Translations under genes and position numbers: made by a program
NCBI GenBank assembly: GCA_035480955.1
Contig: DATIHF010000071.1
Coordinates: forward strand, 1 to 59,520
Reading direction: 5' to 3'
Length of the DNA: 59,520 nt
From: Candidatus Saccharimonadales bacterium
Lineage (GTDB): Bacteria; Patescibacteriota; Microgenomatia; Woykebacterales; RBG-16-39-9b
Shown: one piece after another, positions 44,260 to 53,905 of the stretch
How positions within the stretch are numbered: the first letter of the stretch is position 1
How the letters are laid out: each line of letters starts with the position of its first letter
Notes under the pieces: model-generated
The model's database searches: none
What the model saw: only the letters and a program-made list of their open reading frames with translations
Told to the model about the DNA's origin: nothing

Positions 44260-47200
44260 ATGACCATGGATTACGATGACGAGTATGGTGCTCCAGGACA
44301 AAATCCGCGAGACACCAAGGTAATCAGCCTCAGGGACTACGGCGAGGCGACTAAGGGCAAGTTCGATAACTTTTGCCGAGAGAATGTCGCTAAGCGAGCC
44401 GTTACCACGAGGATTGAGGATAGGGATATCCCATTCAACTGGGGACGCGGCGGCAACACCGTTTACCTAGATATGGAGACTGGTGAGCCAGTTACCTACG
44501 AAGGTGACTGGACTTTCAAAGAGAAGGCATTCACTGACCAAAGGACAGGTAAAATTACCCTGATCCAAGAGGTCGAATACGAGAGAGCCTTGAACGTCTT
44601 CGTTTGTGACCTTTGGGACCCCGAGATCGTAGGGACACCCTTCGCTCGGGCACCTTGGGACAGCAGCCGTGTTCGCGTTCTTAGTGAAGAGGAAGTGGAA
44701 CACAATATTCGGTTGTTGAGCGACGATCAAGAGGCTCGGGAAAAGGCCTATATGGGCAACAGCGCCGACGCAGGCCGGCGTTTGCGACCGCTCCTTCGGT
44801 CGTCCCGGAAGATGGTTCAGACAGACGAGCTTTCCGATACTCTTCCTCAAGAAGAGCGTCGGAACCATCACATGGAGAGCCGTCTTAAGGACCACCGAAA
44901 GCTTCGTGAGCTGCATCGGCAGAGGAGACTGTATCCAGACGATTTGGTAGAGTACCCGATGACTGGCTGTAGCCCCTTGGGACGGCCAATCGATGACTCG
45001 GACCAAACCGGCTGGCTCGATGCACTCTATCGGAGTGCAATCAGGCAACGCCGCGGTAAGAAAGACCCTCTTGGTCTGAACCAGAAGCGGGGCAGAGACC
45101 TTCCACCAGGCCTCTTTTATGAAGGTGGCAAGTACAAGGTCCGTATCGGGTCTCTCAACCTAGACGGGCTTCGAGTCCTTGCCCACAACGCAGCTGAGCG
45201 CGAAAGCCGCACCTCCAAAGAGTGTTACGAGCAACTCATGGAGGCCTTGGTCCACAAAATGGTCCGAGGAAAAGTGGGTGAAAATGTGGATGAACCGCTC
45301 GAAGCGTGCGAAATCATGGCTCGTTACGGTGAGCAAGGCCTTCGTACTGGGTCGAGTAGGTTCTACGAGGAAATCTTCAACCCGAACTCGGACACCTACC
45401 GTATCTACCCAGACGATGCTGCTCGTGGACGAGCGTGGCAGCGCCCGAAGGATCCGGACGGCGGTTATGCGTACTTACCGCTGTTTCATCGAATGCAGAG
45501 GATCCTCCACAAAGCCTACCATGTAGATCCGGTAGTTACTCCGGTCGACCAATACAACCCGTTCTGGACAACGGCGCAGTTTGAGGTTCGCTACGGAGGA
45601 CAGAACCGTAAGGACTTCCCGGTTACTGGTGAGCCGTACGACCAAATCCAACAGGAGAAGGCGTATTGGTACACTAAGGACCTGCATGTTCCTAACCGCC
45701 TGCACCGCCACCGCGCATGGTTGGATCTGATAAATGGGTTCATCGAAACCAACTTCTACCGGACCTACCCTTCGGAGCAGTACCGGTTTCGCAAAACTCT
45801 GTCTAGGCTTTTCGGAGCCCATGACAAGAAGAGCTTTCTCAGCAAAATGAGAGCGCTTCTAAAGATTCGCGATCTGACCATTCACGTTATCTCCTTGCCA
45901 ATTCCAATTTGGCGCTTTGACGGGCGTCAGTGGAGGCTCGAGCTAGATAACAGTACCTTTGATTATTTCGCGGAGGGTATCGAAGCCTTTCGTGATTGGG
46001 TCCGGATGATTGCCGAGTGGCAGCAAGTAAAGGCAATGCTCAACGCCTTTGCTGCCATGAACTTCACACGGGTCACTGCTGATCAAGGGCGCACGCGCGA
46101 CTTTGGAGGCATTTGGAATGCAGTGCCAATTTGGCAATGCGATGCCTTCTATTTCTCCTGGTTGTTTGCCAACTCCAGACCTGGTGTCAAAGACCAGAAC
46201 GGCATGCCAATGTTTGAAGGGGATAAAAACCCTGATGGCACTTGGATCTACAACCATAACTTCCGGCGTGTCTGGAAACGTCGTGCACCTATGCCTGTCA
46301 AACCCACGAGGGACCGCCCTTCCATCTTGCCCGGGGAAACCCAGGAAGAGTGGCAGGAGCGGGCTGATTTGTGGGACTCCAAGTATCCCGCCCGGCCAGT
46401 TCGGCCGACGCTGAATCCTGGAGAAACCGCAGATGCTTTCGTGGTTCGGTTGAAGGACTTCATCAAACTCCTCGGTGATTGGGAAAAGCAAACCGAGGAC
46501 AGCTGGATCGCAGACATCAAAGAGTACCAGTCAGCCATCAATGCGCGCGTCGCAATCATGGGCTGGGCCTGGCACGATCGCGACCCACTTGCAGATATGC
46601 CGCACGACACAGTCTTGCGAGCTTTGTCAGTCTATCGTTGGGCCGACTGGCTAGACATGATTGGTGTCGGAAGAGGTTTCAACAGCCAGCTCGGCGACGG
46701 TTTAGTGTCGGACCTCACGACGTTCCTCAAGGAACAGAGTTCCAAGGTTCGAAACTACCGCCACGAGACTGAGGCAATGGAATCTGACGAAGGTGCCCGT
46801 TATGACCCGCAGGGTTTTTGGGACTACCTCGGCGGCATCATTCGACCCCACATCGAGAACTTCCTCAACTACCGACTCTTCGGTACGTTTGGTGAAGAAC
46901 CTGGACCCAAGTTCCTGGACACGCTTTTCGATGGGACTGACGTTTACAACGAAAAGTCGACCCGGGTGAGAAACCAAATCAACCTGATGTGGCAAGAGGC
47001 CCCACTGAAGGGAATCAAGCGGCGGGTTCTCAAGGTCTGGGATGACAGTCTTTCCGACCACGTCATCCACATCCGGCCTCTCATCCGGCGCTTTCTTGAC
47101 GGTTTGCCGGTGGGAGTACTGGATCGTCTCCAGCCTCTCATTCGCGGCCTCAACCGGCGTTCGGACCGACGGATCCGGGAGTGGGCACAACACCTCTCTG

Positions 47201-47736
47201 TGGGCCGAACCCACGGTAAGCGTGCCTTCACCACAGCCCAGAGGTTTATTGACGAGGGCTACGGTACCAACACCGGCGAGCAGCTCGAGGAAATCGAAAA
47301 CGGCCAGCCCCGTTTGCTCACGGTTGCGGAATCCGAGCAGAAGCGTCAGGATGACCTTGGCTTCACAACCTGGATGAACTCTCAGTATGACAAGGCCTCT
47401 TACTTCATTAAGGGCTTGATCATTAGGGAGCGAAACAAGGCTTGGGTCGACTCGGGCGAAGGGGCGGAGCACGTGATCAAGGCTATCGAGAGTGGTCTCT
47501 ACCACGAGATCGCCTACGAAATCCTTGAGATCGCCAGCCACCGCGGCCTCATTCTGAAGTCGATCGACTGGTTCCCATCCTTGGATGAGTTCCGGAAGAT
47601 GTACAAGGAAACGGGTCTGGAGGATAAGTTTGAGGATCGCTGCAAGGCTCTGCTGGGGACAGCGGAATTCCGAGCAGTTATCGAAGGCTATCTGTTCCCG
47701 GACATGAAAGCCGCCATCGATCCACTAGCAGCGTAA
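44260..47736 (+). CDS. Large orphan protein, 1158 aa (Trp/Arg/Asp-rich, no TM, no recognised domain)
   Basis: Uninterrupted ORF. ATG at 44260 preceded by AAGGAGG with a 7-nt spacer (track start 44164 is upstream and has no RBS). GC-rich codons unlike the neighbouring genes. Confidence 0.8.
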   Translation: MTMDYDDEYGAPGQNPRDTKVISLRDYGEATKGKFDNFCRENVAKRAVTTRIEDRDIPFNWGRGGNTVYLDMETGEPVTYEGDWTFKEKAFTDQRTGKITLIQEVEYERALNVFVCDLWDPEIVGTPFARAPWDSSRVRVLSEEEVEHNIRLLSDDQEAREKAYMGNSADAGRRLRPLLRSSRKMVQTDELSDTLPQEERRNHHMESRLKDHRKLRELHRQRRLYPDDLVEYPMTGCSPLGRPIDDSDQTGWLDALYRSAIRQRRGKKDPLGLNQKRGRDLPPGLFYEGGKYKVRIGSLNLDGLRVLAHNAAERESRTSKECYEQLMEALVHKMVRGKVGENVDEPLEACEIMARYGEQGLRTGSSRFYEEIFNPNSDTYRIYPDDAARGRAWQRPKDPDGGYAYLPLFHRMQRILHKAYHVDPVVTPVDQYNPFWTTAQFEVRYGGQNRKDFPVTGEPYDQIQQEKAYWYTKDLHVPNRLHRHRAWLDLINGFIETNFYRTYPSEQYRFRKTLSRLFGAHDKKSFLSKMRALLKIRDLTIHVISLPIPIWRFDGRQWRLELDNSTFDYFAEGIEAFRDWVRMIAEWQQVKAMLNAFAAMNFTRVTADQGRTRDFGGIWNAVPIWQCDAFYFSWLFANSRPGVKDQNGMPMFEGDKNPDGTWIYNHNFRRVWKRRAPMPVKPTRDRPSILPGETQEEWQERADLWDSKYPARPVRPTLNPGETADAFVVRLKDFIKLLGDWEKQTEDSWIADIKEYQSAINARVAIMGWAWHDRDPLADMPHDTVLRALSVYRWADWLDMIGVGRGFNSQLGDGLVSDLTTFLKEQSSKVRNYRHETEAMESDEGARYDPQGFWDYLGGIIRPHIENFLNYRLFGTFGEEPGPKFLDTLFDGTDVYNEKSTRVRNQINLMWQEAPLKGIKRRVLKVWDDSLSDHVIHIRPLIRRFLDGLPVGVLDRLQPLIRGLNRRSDRRIREWAQHLSVGRTHGKRAFTTAQRFIDEGYGTNTGEQLEEIENGQPRLLTVAESEQKRQDDLGFTTWMNSQYDKASYFIKGLIIRERNKAWVDSGEGAEHVIKAIESGLYHEIAYEILEIASHRGLILKSIDWFPSLDEFRKMYKETGLEDKFEDRCKALLGTAEFRAVIEGYLFPDMKAAIDPLAA

Positions 47737-47744
47737 GTATAGTA

Positions 47745-47783
47745 GGCCACCCAGAGGAGCAATCCAAAGGGTGGTCTTTTTTT
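47745..47783 (+). terminator. Intrinsic terminator closing cassette D
   Basis: GGCCACCC-16 nt-GGGTGGTC followed by T7. The T-run overlaps the stop of the convergent VirB6-like gene. Confidence 0.7.
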
Positions 47784-49887
47784 ATGATTTTTCACGTTCT
47801 GGATGCTCGACATTCTTTATTTCTTCACTATCTGCTGGCTCCACCCCTGGTTCTGGAGTTTTTTGAACCCCAGTAACAAACCGATCCCGCACGTCATCGA
47901 AGTCAGCGTGAGTGACTGGTCCAAAAATTGGATTAACATTCTTTGGATTCGCGGCTCTGCCTTGAAATCTTGCAGTGTCGTACTCTTTCAAAATCGCCGC
48001 GTCTCGATCTGCTTTGCTCGTCACCCTAGTGTTACCAGACGAGGTTCTTCCTGCCCCTACATCAGGAGAAGCGAAAAATTGCGCGGCTCGAGCGAAAGGA
48101 CCTTTTTTAGCGACCACGGCAGTGGTCGTAGTTCCAGTAGCCGGATCAAAGTTTGACTCACCCAATCCCCAACCTCCTCTACCCAAAGCACCTTTAAAGG
48201 CATTGCCCCAACCCCTTGTCGTATTTACCAACTGTTGACCACCTTGAATGCCCTTACTGACGCTACCAACTGTCTGCAAGCCACTACCGACTGTCGATGC
48301 TAGAATCAAAGGAGTCGGGCCTTTGGATTTATCTCTGACCCCAAACAAATCATCCAGCGCGTCGGGCACCTTGGCGGCAAAGTAGAGAATCCCCAAGCCG
48401 ATCAAAGGACCGATATTCACAAATAAATCAGCGCCTCCTAACGGTGGTGGAGCAGTGATACTGCCATCACCAGTGAGACTAAATACTTTACCAACAGTTA
48501 AAAAGTAAGCGCCGAGATAGGCAATTACTAGAATCGCGGGGAAGGTTAAGACCGAGGCGGCCATCCGTTTGAACCAGTTGACCGTAATACTCTCAAACCC
48601 GGGTATCGCTCCAACTAGGAAAAAGAAAGGACTGAAAACAGTCAAAACTAGCATGGTGACATAGCGGACGAGAAGCTTCCAAAAAAGCAAGATTGCCAAT
48701 AAAAAGATCCCAATGCGGATTATTAGTTCAAACCCTAGAGCCGCTAGAAGCGCAATACCAGCGGCCAACCAACCCAACCCCCCAGTAAGTAAACCTCCAA
48801 TTAGTCCACCAGCAGCAAAGATACCCAAAAAACCAGGCCAATTAAGTACTGGCTTAGCAAAAAAGGCAAATACCGGCAACCAAGTTAGCGAGTTGTGGTC
48901 TGGGGTTAGCCTATTGATGTAACCCAAATCTCCGAAGTAACGAGTCACGATACTCACTGATAAATAGATAAAATCAACAAATAAGCCCGCTAAAGCAAAA
49001 CTAAAAGTGATCAAAATTAAAGCGACCGCAATTCTGGGTAAGGAATTCGTCGCGGTGACTACTGTCTTGGGATCGAGACGGCGCCTAAGCATTACCATGA
49101 AGCCAATTATCACTAAAATGATCACTGAGGCAATGTAAGCTAAGTCTCTAATTTTTTGCCAAACTCCTTTGATAACATCACCGATGGTGGTGATCCCCTG
49201 ACTTTCAGTAGCCTGAGCATTGGCACTACCAATGCCGAGAATATTGTTTTTGGCGATATTACCGACTTCAGTAATTGGATTTACCTGAGGGACATTGGCA
49301 TAAATAGAGTTGTAACTTCCATCTAAGATATTTAAGGCATTGACTGGTATTTTTGCTTCCGGAGCCATCAAGGGATCAATCTGAGAAAGCTGTTTTTGGG
49401 CTTCAGCACACTTAGTTTGAGTGTCACCTGTGGTTCCCTCGCAAGCATTAGCTGTACTCACCCCGCCAACTGCTAAAAGTATGTGGACAGGAAACGTAAT
49501 ACATTTAAAAATTAGTTCAAGGAGCTTACCACTCATAAAAGTCCAAAGGGTCGAGACTATTTCTCCAGCTAGGCTGCAGCCCCCTCCAAAAATAAAGCCA
49601 ACTCCGGGGACATCACCTAAAACATCACATACATTAGCAACTTGACCAGTCTCAGTCGTACCGTTGGGTAAAGTAACGGTTTGTGGTGTAGGTGTATTTA
49701 CAGGAAGGTTGGTTGTTGGTGTTGTTGTCGGAGCAACTTGGCTGGGTTGAGAGGTTTGAGTAGGTGAGACAGGTTGAGTTTGAGCGGCAGTTTGTGGCAC
49801 TAAAGAGAATAGGGAAAAAACTAGCAGTACAAAATAGACTAGAGCATTACGGAGTAGGTGAAGCGTTTGTTTGGTTAAAAAACTCAT
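47782..49887 (-). CDS. Polytopic membrane protein, VirB6/TrbL-like T4SS channel candidate
   Basis: Signal peptide, Thr/Pro-rich linker, Cys-containing ectodomain, at least 6 TM, Gly-rich cytoplasmic tail. Call rests on T4SS context. Confidence 0.5.
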   Translation of the reverse strand: MSFLTKQTLHLLRNALVYFVLLVFSLFSLVPQTAAQTQPVSPTQTSQPSQVAPTTTPTTNLPVNTPTPQTVTLPNGTTETGQVANVCDVLGDVPGVGFIFGGGCSLAGEIVSTLWTFMSGKLLELIFKCITFPVHILLAVGGVSTANACEGTTGDTQTKCAEAQKQLSQIDPLMAPEAKIPVNALNILDGSYNSIYANVPQVNPITEVGNIAKNNILGIGSANAQATESQGITTIGDVIKGVWQKIRDLAYIASVIILVIIGFMVMLRRRLDPKTVVTATNSLPRIAVALILITFSFALAGLFVDFIYLSVSIVTRYFGDLGYINRLTPDHNSLTWLPVFAFFAKPVLNWPGFLGIFAAGGLIGGLLTGGLGWLAAGIALLAALGFELIIRIGIFLLAILLFWKLLVRYVTMLVLTVFSPFFFLVGAIPGFESITVNWFKRMAASVLTFPAILVIAYLGAYFLTVGKVFSLTGDGSITAPPPLGGADLFVNIGPLIGLGILYFAAKVPDALDDLFGVRDKSKGPTPLILASTVGSGLQTVGSVSKGIQGGQQLVNTTRGWGNAFKGALGRGGWGLGESNFDPATGTTTTAVVAKKGPFARAAQFFASPDVGAGRTSSGNTRVTSKADRDAAILKEYDTARFQGRAANPKNVNPIFGPVTHADFDDVRDRFVTGVQKTPEPGVEPADSEEIKNVEHPEREKS

Positions 49888-49983
49888 AGGCAGGGTTTGA
49901 CTAAATTATAAGTAAAAAAGAGGCCAGAAAGCAAGGGCAAGCTTGTCTTTTGATCTCCCAAAGCTTAAAATTTAGAGAGATTT

Positions 49984-52170
49984 ATGAGCCTATTTCTGCC
50001 CGGAACAGCTGCAGTTGAAGATCCAGAAGAAGTCGCCTCCGAACCAGGTTTTGGTGAAGAAGATGGTGCGGATACTGCTGATGCGCTTGATAAACGCATT
50101 CAGGCAAATAAAAGTGGGGCAAATGACGAAGAGCAAAAAAGTGGCGGTGGACCAGGGGCCAGTGACCTTTACAATTTAAAGGATAAATTAGCTGGTGGCG
50201 GAGCTGAAAAAGGGGCCGAGGGAGCTGCTGCCGGAGGAGGGGTTGCTGAAACCGGGTCAGGCGGAGCCGCCGCGACGGGTGGAGTTACTACAGGGTCAGG
50301 AGGGGTTGCTGCGGGAACCGGGGCTGCGGGTGCAGCAACAGGAACCGGGGCTGCGGGTGCAGCCACAGTCACAGGCGCGACGGGGGCCGCTGGTGCGGCC
50401 GCTTCTACTGGAACCGCCGCTGGGGTTGTCGCTGGGGGCGGAGCAACAGTTATCAGTGGGCCGGCTGCACCAATAACGGGAACAGCAGTTGCCGTAGTTG
50501 CATTGGCCTCAAATAAAAAAAGTAGAAAAGTATTAATTGCAACAATAATCAGTGTTGTAGCCGCAGTGGGATTTTTCTTTGCTCTGCCACTCTTTGTACT
50601 TTTTGTTGCCTTTATTCCAATCCTTGGTAGTGGAGGTAATACTGAAGCAGCCGAAGGTCTCCCACAAACACCGGGAGAAAATCAGTATGCGAAGATAGGC
50701 AAAACAGTTGAAGCCAAAAGTTTGGCCAAAACCGCCGCTGAAAGTCTCCATCTGGAGAACAACCAAATACCACAAACCCTCAGCTACGCAGTTAATATTC
50801 AAGCAAAAGCAAACATTCAAAATGTTGGTTGTACTGATGAGATAACCCTCACTACAAAGGAGGGAGGAATCGAAACTCTGACTCAGCCACCAATTACGGG
50901 GTGTCCGACCCAGATGGCTGCCGGGCAAACCTTTAATTTTTCGTTCAACTACGATTTGGCCGCTGACCCGAAATTTCAGGATGCGGTTGTCACCAATAGC
51001 TTTGGAATTGGAGCAGTTGCCTCAGGCGTGGGTGCCACCGGAAACCTCGACTACACGATTCCTTTTCGAGATGTAACAGTCAATGTAGTCAATGAAGATG
51101 ACGAAAAATACAATGTTGCCAACAACCCCCAGTGGCCCAACAACTATGTTTTCACTGATTGCGGTGGAGGACAAACCTGTTGGGATTATTTAAAACAAAA
51201 ATCAATTCAAGCGGGAGTCAATCCGGCCTTTGTCTTGGCAGTTTGGATCTCAGAATCCGGTGCATCTAGCACTGTCGGAGGACACTTAAGTTGCCCGAAC
51301 GGTGGTGTAGGGTTACCTCACACGGTCGATGAGTTTAAAATTTCTGTAGATTGTTTTTTACACGGAACTTCCGGCGACCCTTACAAAGGAGCCGCCAACT
51401 ATCCGGCGGATCAATTTGCCAGAATGATTGATGATTTTTGTGATCCGGGTACTCCAGAAATTTGCTACAACCCCGCCGAAGTCGCCGGAGGTTGGAAGCA
51501 ATTTCCTACGACGCTTAAGTCCTGGTACAATAATTTAGTTCCTCCGGGTAGCGCAGGGGCGATGACAATAAACACAGGTGGAAGTGTGACACCCTCAAAC
51601 TTTACCCTTTCGGTTGTAGCAACGGTAACAATCGGAAACGCGGCGGCTAGCTGCTACTCCTTCGTTGGAGATTGGACAGCAGCTGAAAGACAGTCTGAAG
51701 AAGCCGCAATCGCCCATATTTCACAGGCGCCAGCACTCCTCAGTAAAATCTGCTCCAAAGGGAGTGTGACGCTGACTCGAGTCCATGGACAAGCTTTCAA
51801 CACGACCAATTGCCCTGGGAATATCAACATCACCGAGCAAGGGATCGGCAGTCTTAAACAAACTGCCTTCACACTGGCTCATGAGTCTGGACATATACTG
51901 CAGTGTCTGGGAGATCCGACTTGGAAAGACTTCCAGAATTTAGCACCTTACGCCTCGGAAGGCTATATTTGTAGCTACCCCTACGAAGCGGTCTTTGGTC
52001 ACAGCGAAGGAGTGTCAAGCGAAGATTACGCTGAAATGATCGGGATCTATGTGAGCTGGCCCAACTTTCGAACCAGTCTTTGTGGAGTGATCAACATGCC
52101 GACCCAGTACCCTCTTCACTATAATTTTGCCAAGGACAAACTCTTTGGAGGTTACCAATTTACTAAATGA
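49984..52170 (+). CDS. Membrane-anchored protein: Gly/Ala-rich N-terminus, TM, extracytoplasmic region with an ES (lysozyme-like?) block and a C-terminal HExxH motif
   Basis: LAHESGHILQC (HExxH). NPAFVLAVWISESGASS is weakly SLT-like. TM at about residue 185-215. Confidence 0.55.
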   Translation: MSLFLPGTAAVEDPEEVASEPGFGEEDGADTADALDKRIQANKSGANDEEQKSGGGPGASDLYNLKDKLAGGGAEKGAEGAAAGGGVAETGSGGAAATGGVTTGSGGVAAGTGAAGAATGTGAAGAATVTGATGAAGAAASTGTAAGVVAGGGATVISGPAAPITGTAVAVVALASNKKSRKVLIATIISVVAAVGFFFALPLFVLFVAFIPILGSGGNTEAAEGLPQTPGENQYAKIGKTVEAKSLAKTAAESLHLENNQIPQTLSYAVNIQAKANIQNVGCTDEITLTTKEGGIETLTQPPITGCPTQMAAGQTFNFSFNYDLAADPKFQDAVVTNSFGIGAVASGVGATGNLDYTIPFRDVTVNVVNEDDEKYNVANNPQWPNNYVFTDCGGGQTCWDYLKQKSIQAGVNPAFVLAVWISESGASSTVGGHLSCPNGGVGLPHTVDEFKISVDCFLHGTSGDPYKGAANYPADQFARMIDDFCDPGTPEICYNPAEVAGGWKQFPTTLKSWYNNLVPPGSAGAMTINTGGSVTPSNFTLSVVATVTIGNAAASCYSFVGDWTAAERQSEEAAIAHISQAPALLSKICSKGSVTLTRVHGQAFNTTNCPGNINITEQGIGSLKQTAFTLAHESGHILQCLGDPTWKDFQNLAPYASEGYICSYPYEAVFGHSEGVSSEDYAEMIGIYVSWPNFRTSLCGVINMPTQYPLHYNFAKDKLFGGYQFTK
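50314..50367 (+). repeat. Two tandem copies of a 27-nt unit inside the Gly/Ala-rich coding region
   Basis: ggaaccggggctgcgggtgcagcaaca / ggaaccggggctgcgggtgcagccaca (26 of 27 identical), in frame, encoding GTGAAGAAT twice. Confidence 0.85.
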
Positions 52171-52721
52171 AACAACTTTCACTCAGCGAGGTGTCAAGCT
52201 TTCTCAAACAAAAAGAAGTAATAGGGGTAGCAACATTGATAATTGTAATTGCCGCCCTTTCTATCTTTGAGATTGTCTCTTTGCAAACTAAAGCCTTGGG
52301 TTGGCAAGACCAGATCTTTCCGGGTAAAACTACCAAAAAACAACTTGAAAAAATAGTCGGAAAACCAGTACGCGAACAAACTAAAGAAGGACTGGAGATC
52401 TGGAGCTATAGTAGCGGTAATCGTTTTAGATTAGTTCAAGTAACTATGCGGAAAGACAAAGTTATTTTGGTAGTTGAACCGGTTTTGGATGATAAAAAAC
52501 TTATAAGTTTTCGAGACAAACTAGGTAAAGAAGAGGCAGTAATCTACGGAAAGTATGGGACTATTATCCCAGCTTATTTTTGGGGGAGTAAAGGAGTGTT
52601 ACTTTTTGCTTCTCCAGAAAACGGAGAAATCTCGGAGATCTGGTACTTTCCAAGAAGTAATCTAAACGGTTTCCTTCAAGACAATCCAGGTTTCAAGATA
52701 CAACCAACAGTTGCCCCCTAA
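52167..52721 (+). CDS. Hypothetical single-TM protein
   Basis: Track ORF with a 4-nt overlap with the upstream gene. Confidence 0.45.
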   Translation: MKQLSLSEVSSFLKQKEVIGVATLIIVIAALSIFEIVSLQTKALGWQDQIFPGKTTKKQLEKIVGKPVREQTKEGLEIWSYSSGNRFRLVQVTMRKDKVILVVEPVLDDKKLISFRDKLGKEEAVIYGKYGTIIPAYFWGSKGVLLFASPENGEISEIWYFPRSNLNGFLQDNPGFKIQPTVAP

Positions 52722-52723
52722 GT

Positions 52724-53131
52724 TTAGTTACTATGTATTTGGCAAAAAGTAGCCGCGTTACTGCCAACAGTAGGTAGACAAAATCTTCCTAACCCAGGAA
52801 CTTGGACAAAGCCAACGATAAGAGAAATTATCAAATAGGCGGCTAAGATCAAAATCAAACCCACAATTGCCCAAGTGAGACTGGCTCGAGCAGCCGTTAA
52901 GGCTTTTGGATCACCTTGAGCGGTAATATAAGCAATTCCTCCCCTAATCAGCATAATCAAAATTGCAAAACCAGCAAAAGTTGCAATGATAGAAGTGAGA
53001 TTGGCGAAAACTACTACTAGATCTGACAATTGGGCAAAGCCACCGGTTTCCGGGACTGTCGTTGCCGCGAGCACATTTTTAGGAAAAAGCAGAAGAAAGG
53101 AAGCAATAAGAGGGGCGAGGCGAAATTTCAT
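52724..53131 (-). CDS. T4SS pilin-like protein (TrbC/VirB2-type), paralogue 6
   Basis: Signal peptide MKFRLAPLIASFLLLFPKNVLA. Core GGIAYITAQGDPKALTAARASLTWAIVGLILILAA. Internal ATG preferred over the track start at 53164. Confidence 0.65.
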   Translation of the reverse strand: MKFRLAPLIASFLLLFPKNVLAATTVPETGGFAQLSDLVVVFANLTSIIATFAGFAILIMLIRGGIAYITAQGDPKALTAARASLTWAIVGLILILAAYLIISLIVGFVQVPGLGRFCLPTVGSNAATFCQIHSN

Positions 53132-53153
53132 GTGAACTCTACTGAACTGTTGG

Positions 53154-53576
53154 TTAGCCACCAACTGTGTTTGGCGCAGTCGGAAATTTAAAGTTGAAAA
53201 GATTGATCCCGAAAACTTGTCCTAAGATCAAAGTGATTGCAAAAGCGGCTACTACGACGATTAGCCCGACTACCGCAGCGGTGATACGGTCCCGCGCGGC
53301 TTGAGCGGCTTTTACGTCCCCTCCAGCGGTGATCCACTGAATACCACCGATAACAATGAAGACAAAGGTGAGAAGACCAGCGAAGAAGAAAAGTAAAGCT
53401 AGAGCGTTACTCATCAATTGACCGAGATTGGGAAAAGAGACTTGATTGATGTCAAAACCTTGAATATCCCCACTTGGGGCTTGGGCGTGAACCGGAGAGA
53501 CCAGAGAGAGAAGGGCTATTGTTGATGAGGCAAGCGAGATAATTTTGTTTCGCATCAATTGATTAATTATATTCAT
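53154..53576 (-). CDS. T4SS pilin-like protein, paralogue 5
   Basis: Signal peptide. Core GGIQWITAGGDVKAAQAARDRITAAVVGLIVVVAA. Confidence 0.65.
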   Translation of the reverse strand: MNIINQLMRNKIISLASSTIALLSLVSPVHAQAPSGDIQGFDINQVSFPNLGQLMSNALALLFFFAGLLTFVFIVIGGIQWITAGGDVKAAQAARDRITAAVVGLIVVVAAFAITLILGQVFGINLFNFKFPTAPNTVGG

Positions 53577-53605
53577 AACTTTTAAACAATTACAAGTGGT
53601 TTCTT

Positions 53606-53905
53606 CTAACTAAATTTAAAGCCGGAAACTATTGAAATCCCAAAAACTTGCTGCAGTATCAGAGCAATTGCATAAGCGGCGACGACAATAATTAACCCAA
53701 TTAGTGAATTGGTTATCCGTCTGCGGGCTGAGTCAATTGCCTTTGGATCTCCTCCTGCGACGATCCACTGAATGCCGCCGATGATAAGACTAAAAAACAT
53801 CGCCACGCCGGCAACAAAGAAAGCTAGTGTTAGTAAGGTCTGAAGGATTTGACCAAGATTGGTAAAACCGGAAAAATTTGGAATAGTGAAAATTGGTTCG
53901 TTCAT
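53606..53905 (-). CDS. T4SS pilin-like protein, paralogue 4 (no signal peptide)
   Basis: Core GGIQWIVAGGDPKAIDSARRRITNSLIGLIIVVAA. Confidence 0.65.
   Translation of the reverse strand: MNEPIFTIPNFSGFTNLGQILQTLLTLAFFVAGVAMFFSLIIGGIQWIVAGGDPKAIDSARRRITNSLIGLIIVVAAYAIALILQQVFGISIVSGFKFS

Noticed and set aside
44467-47541. Long antisense and alternative-frame ORFs inside the 1158-aa gene (up to 279 aa, e.g. 46702..47541(-))
   Set aside because: GC-rich coding DNA commonly leaves long open antisense frames. None has an RBS, and the sense ORF is uninterrupted for 3.5 kb with an excellent RBS.
24178-47785. Explaining the GC-rich cassettes simply as metagenomic mis-assembly (chimeric joins)
   Set aside because: This is not favoured. 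Eight junctions would be needed, and the boundaries coincide with matched promoter and terminator signals and with gene ends. It cannot be excluded without read mapping, so it is listed as a refutation test in the findings.
50169-50476. ORFs 50169..50372(-) and 50195..50476(+) in the Gly/Ala-rich tract
   Set aside because: These are alternative frames of the repetitive GC-rich coding region of the 728-aa protein.
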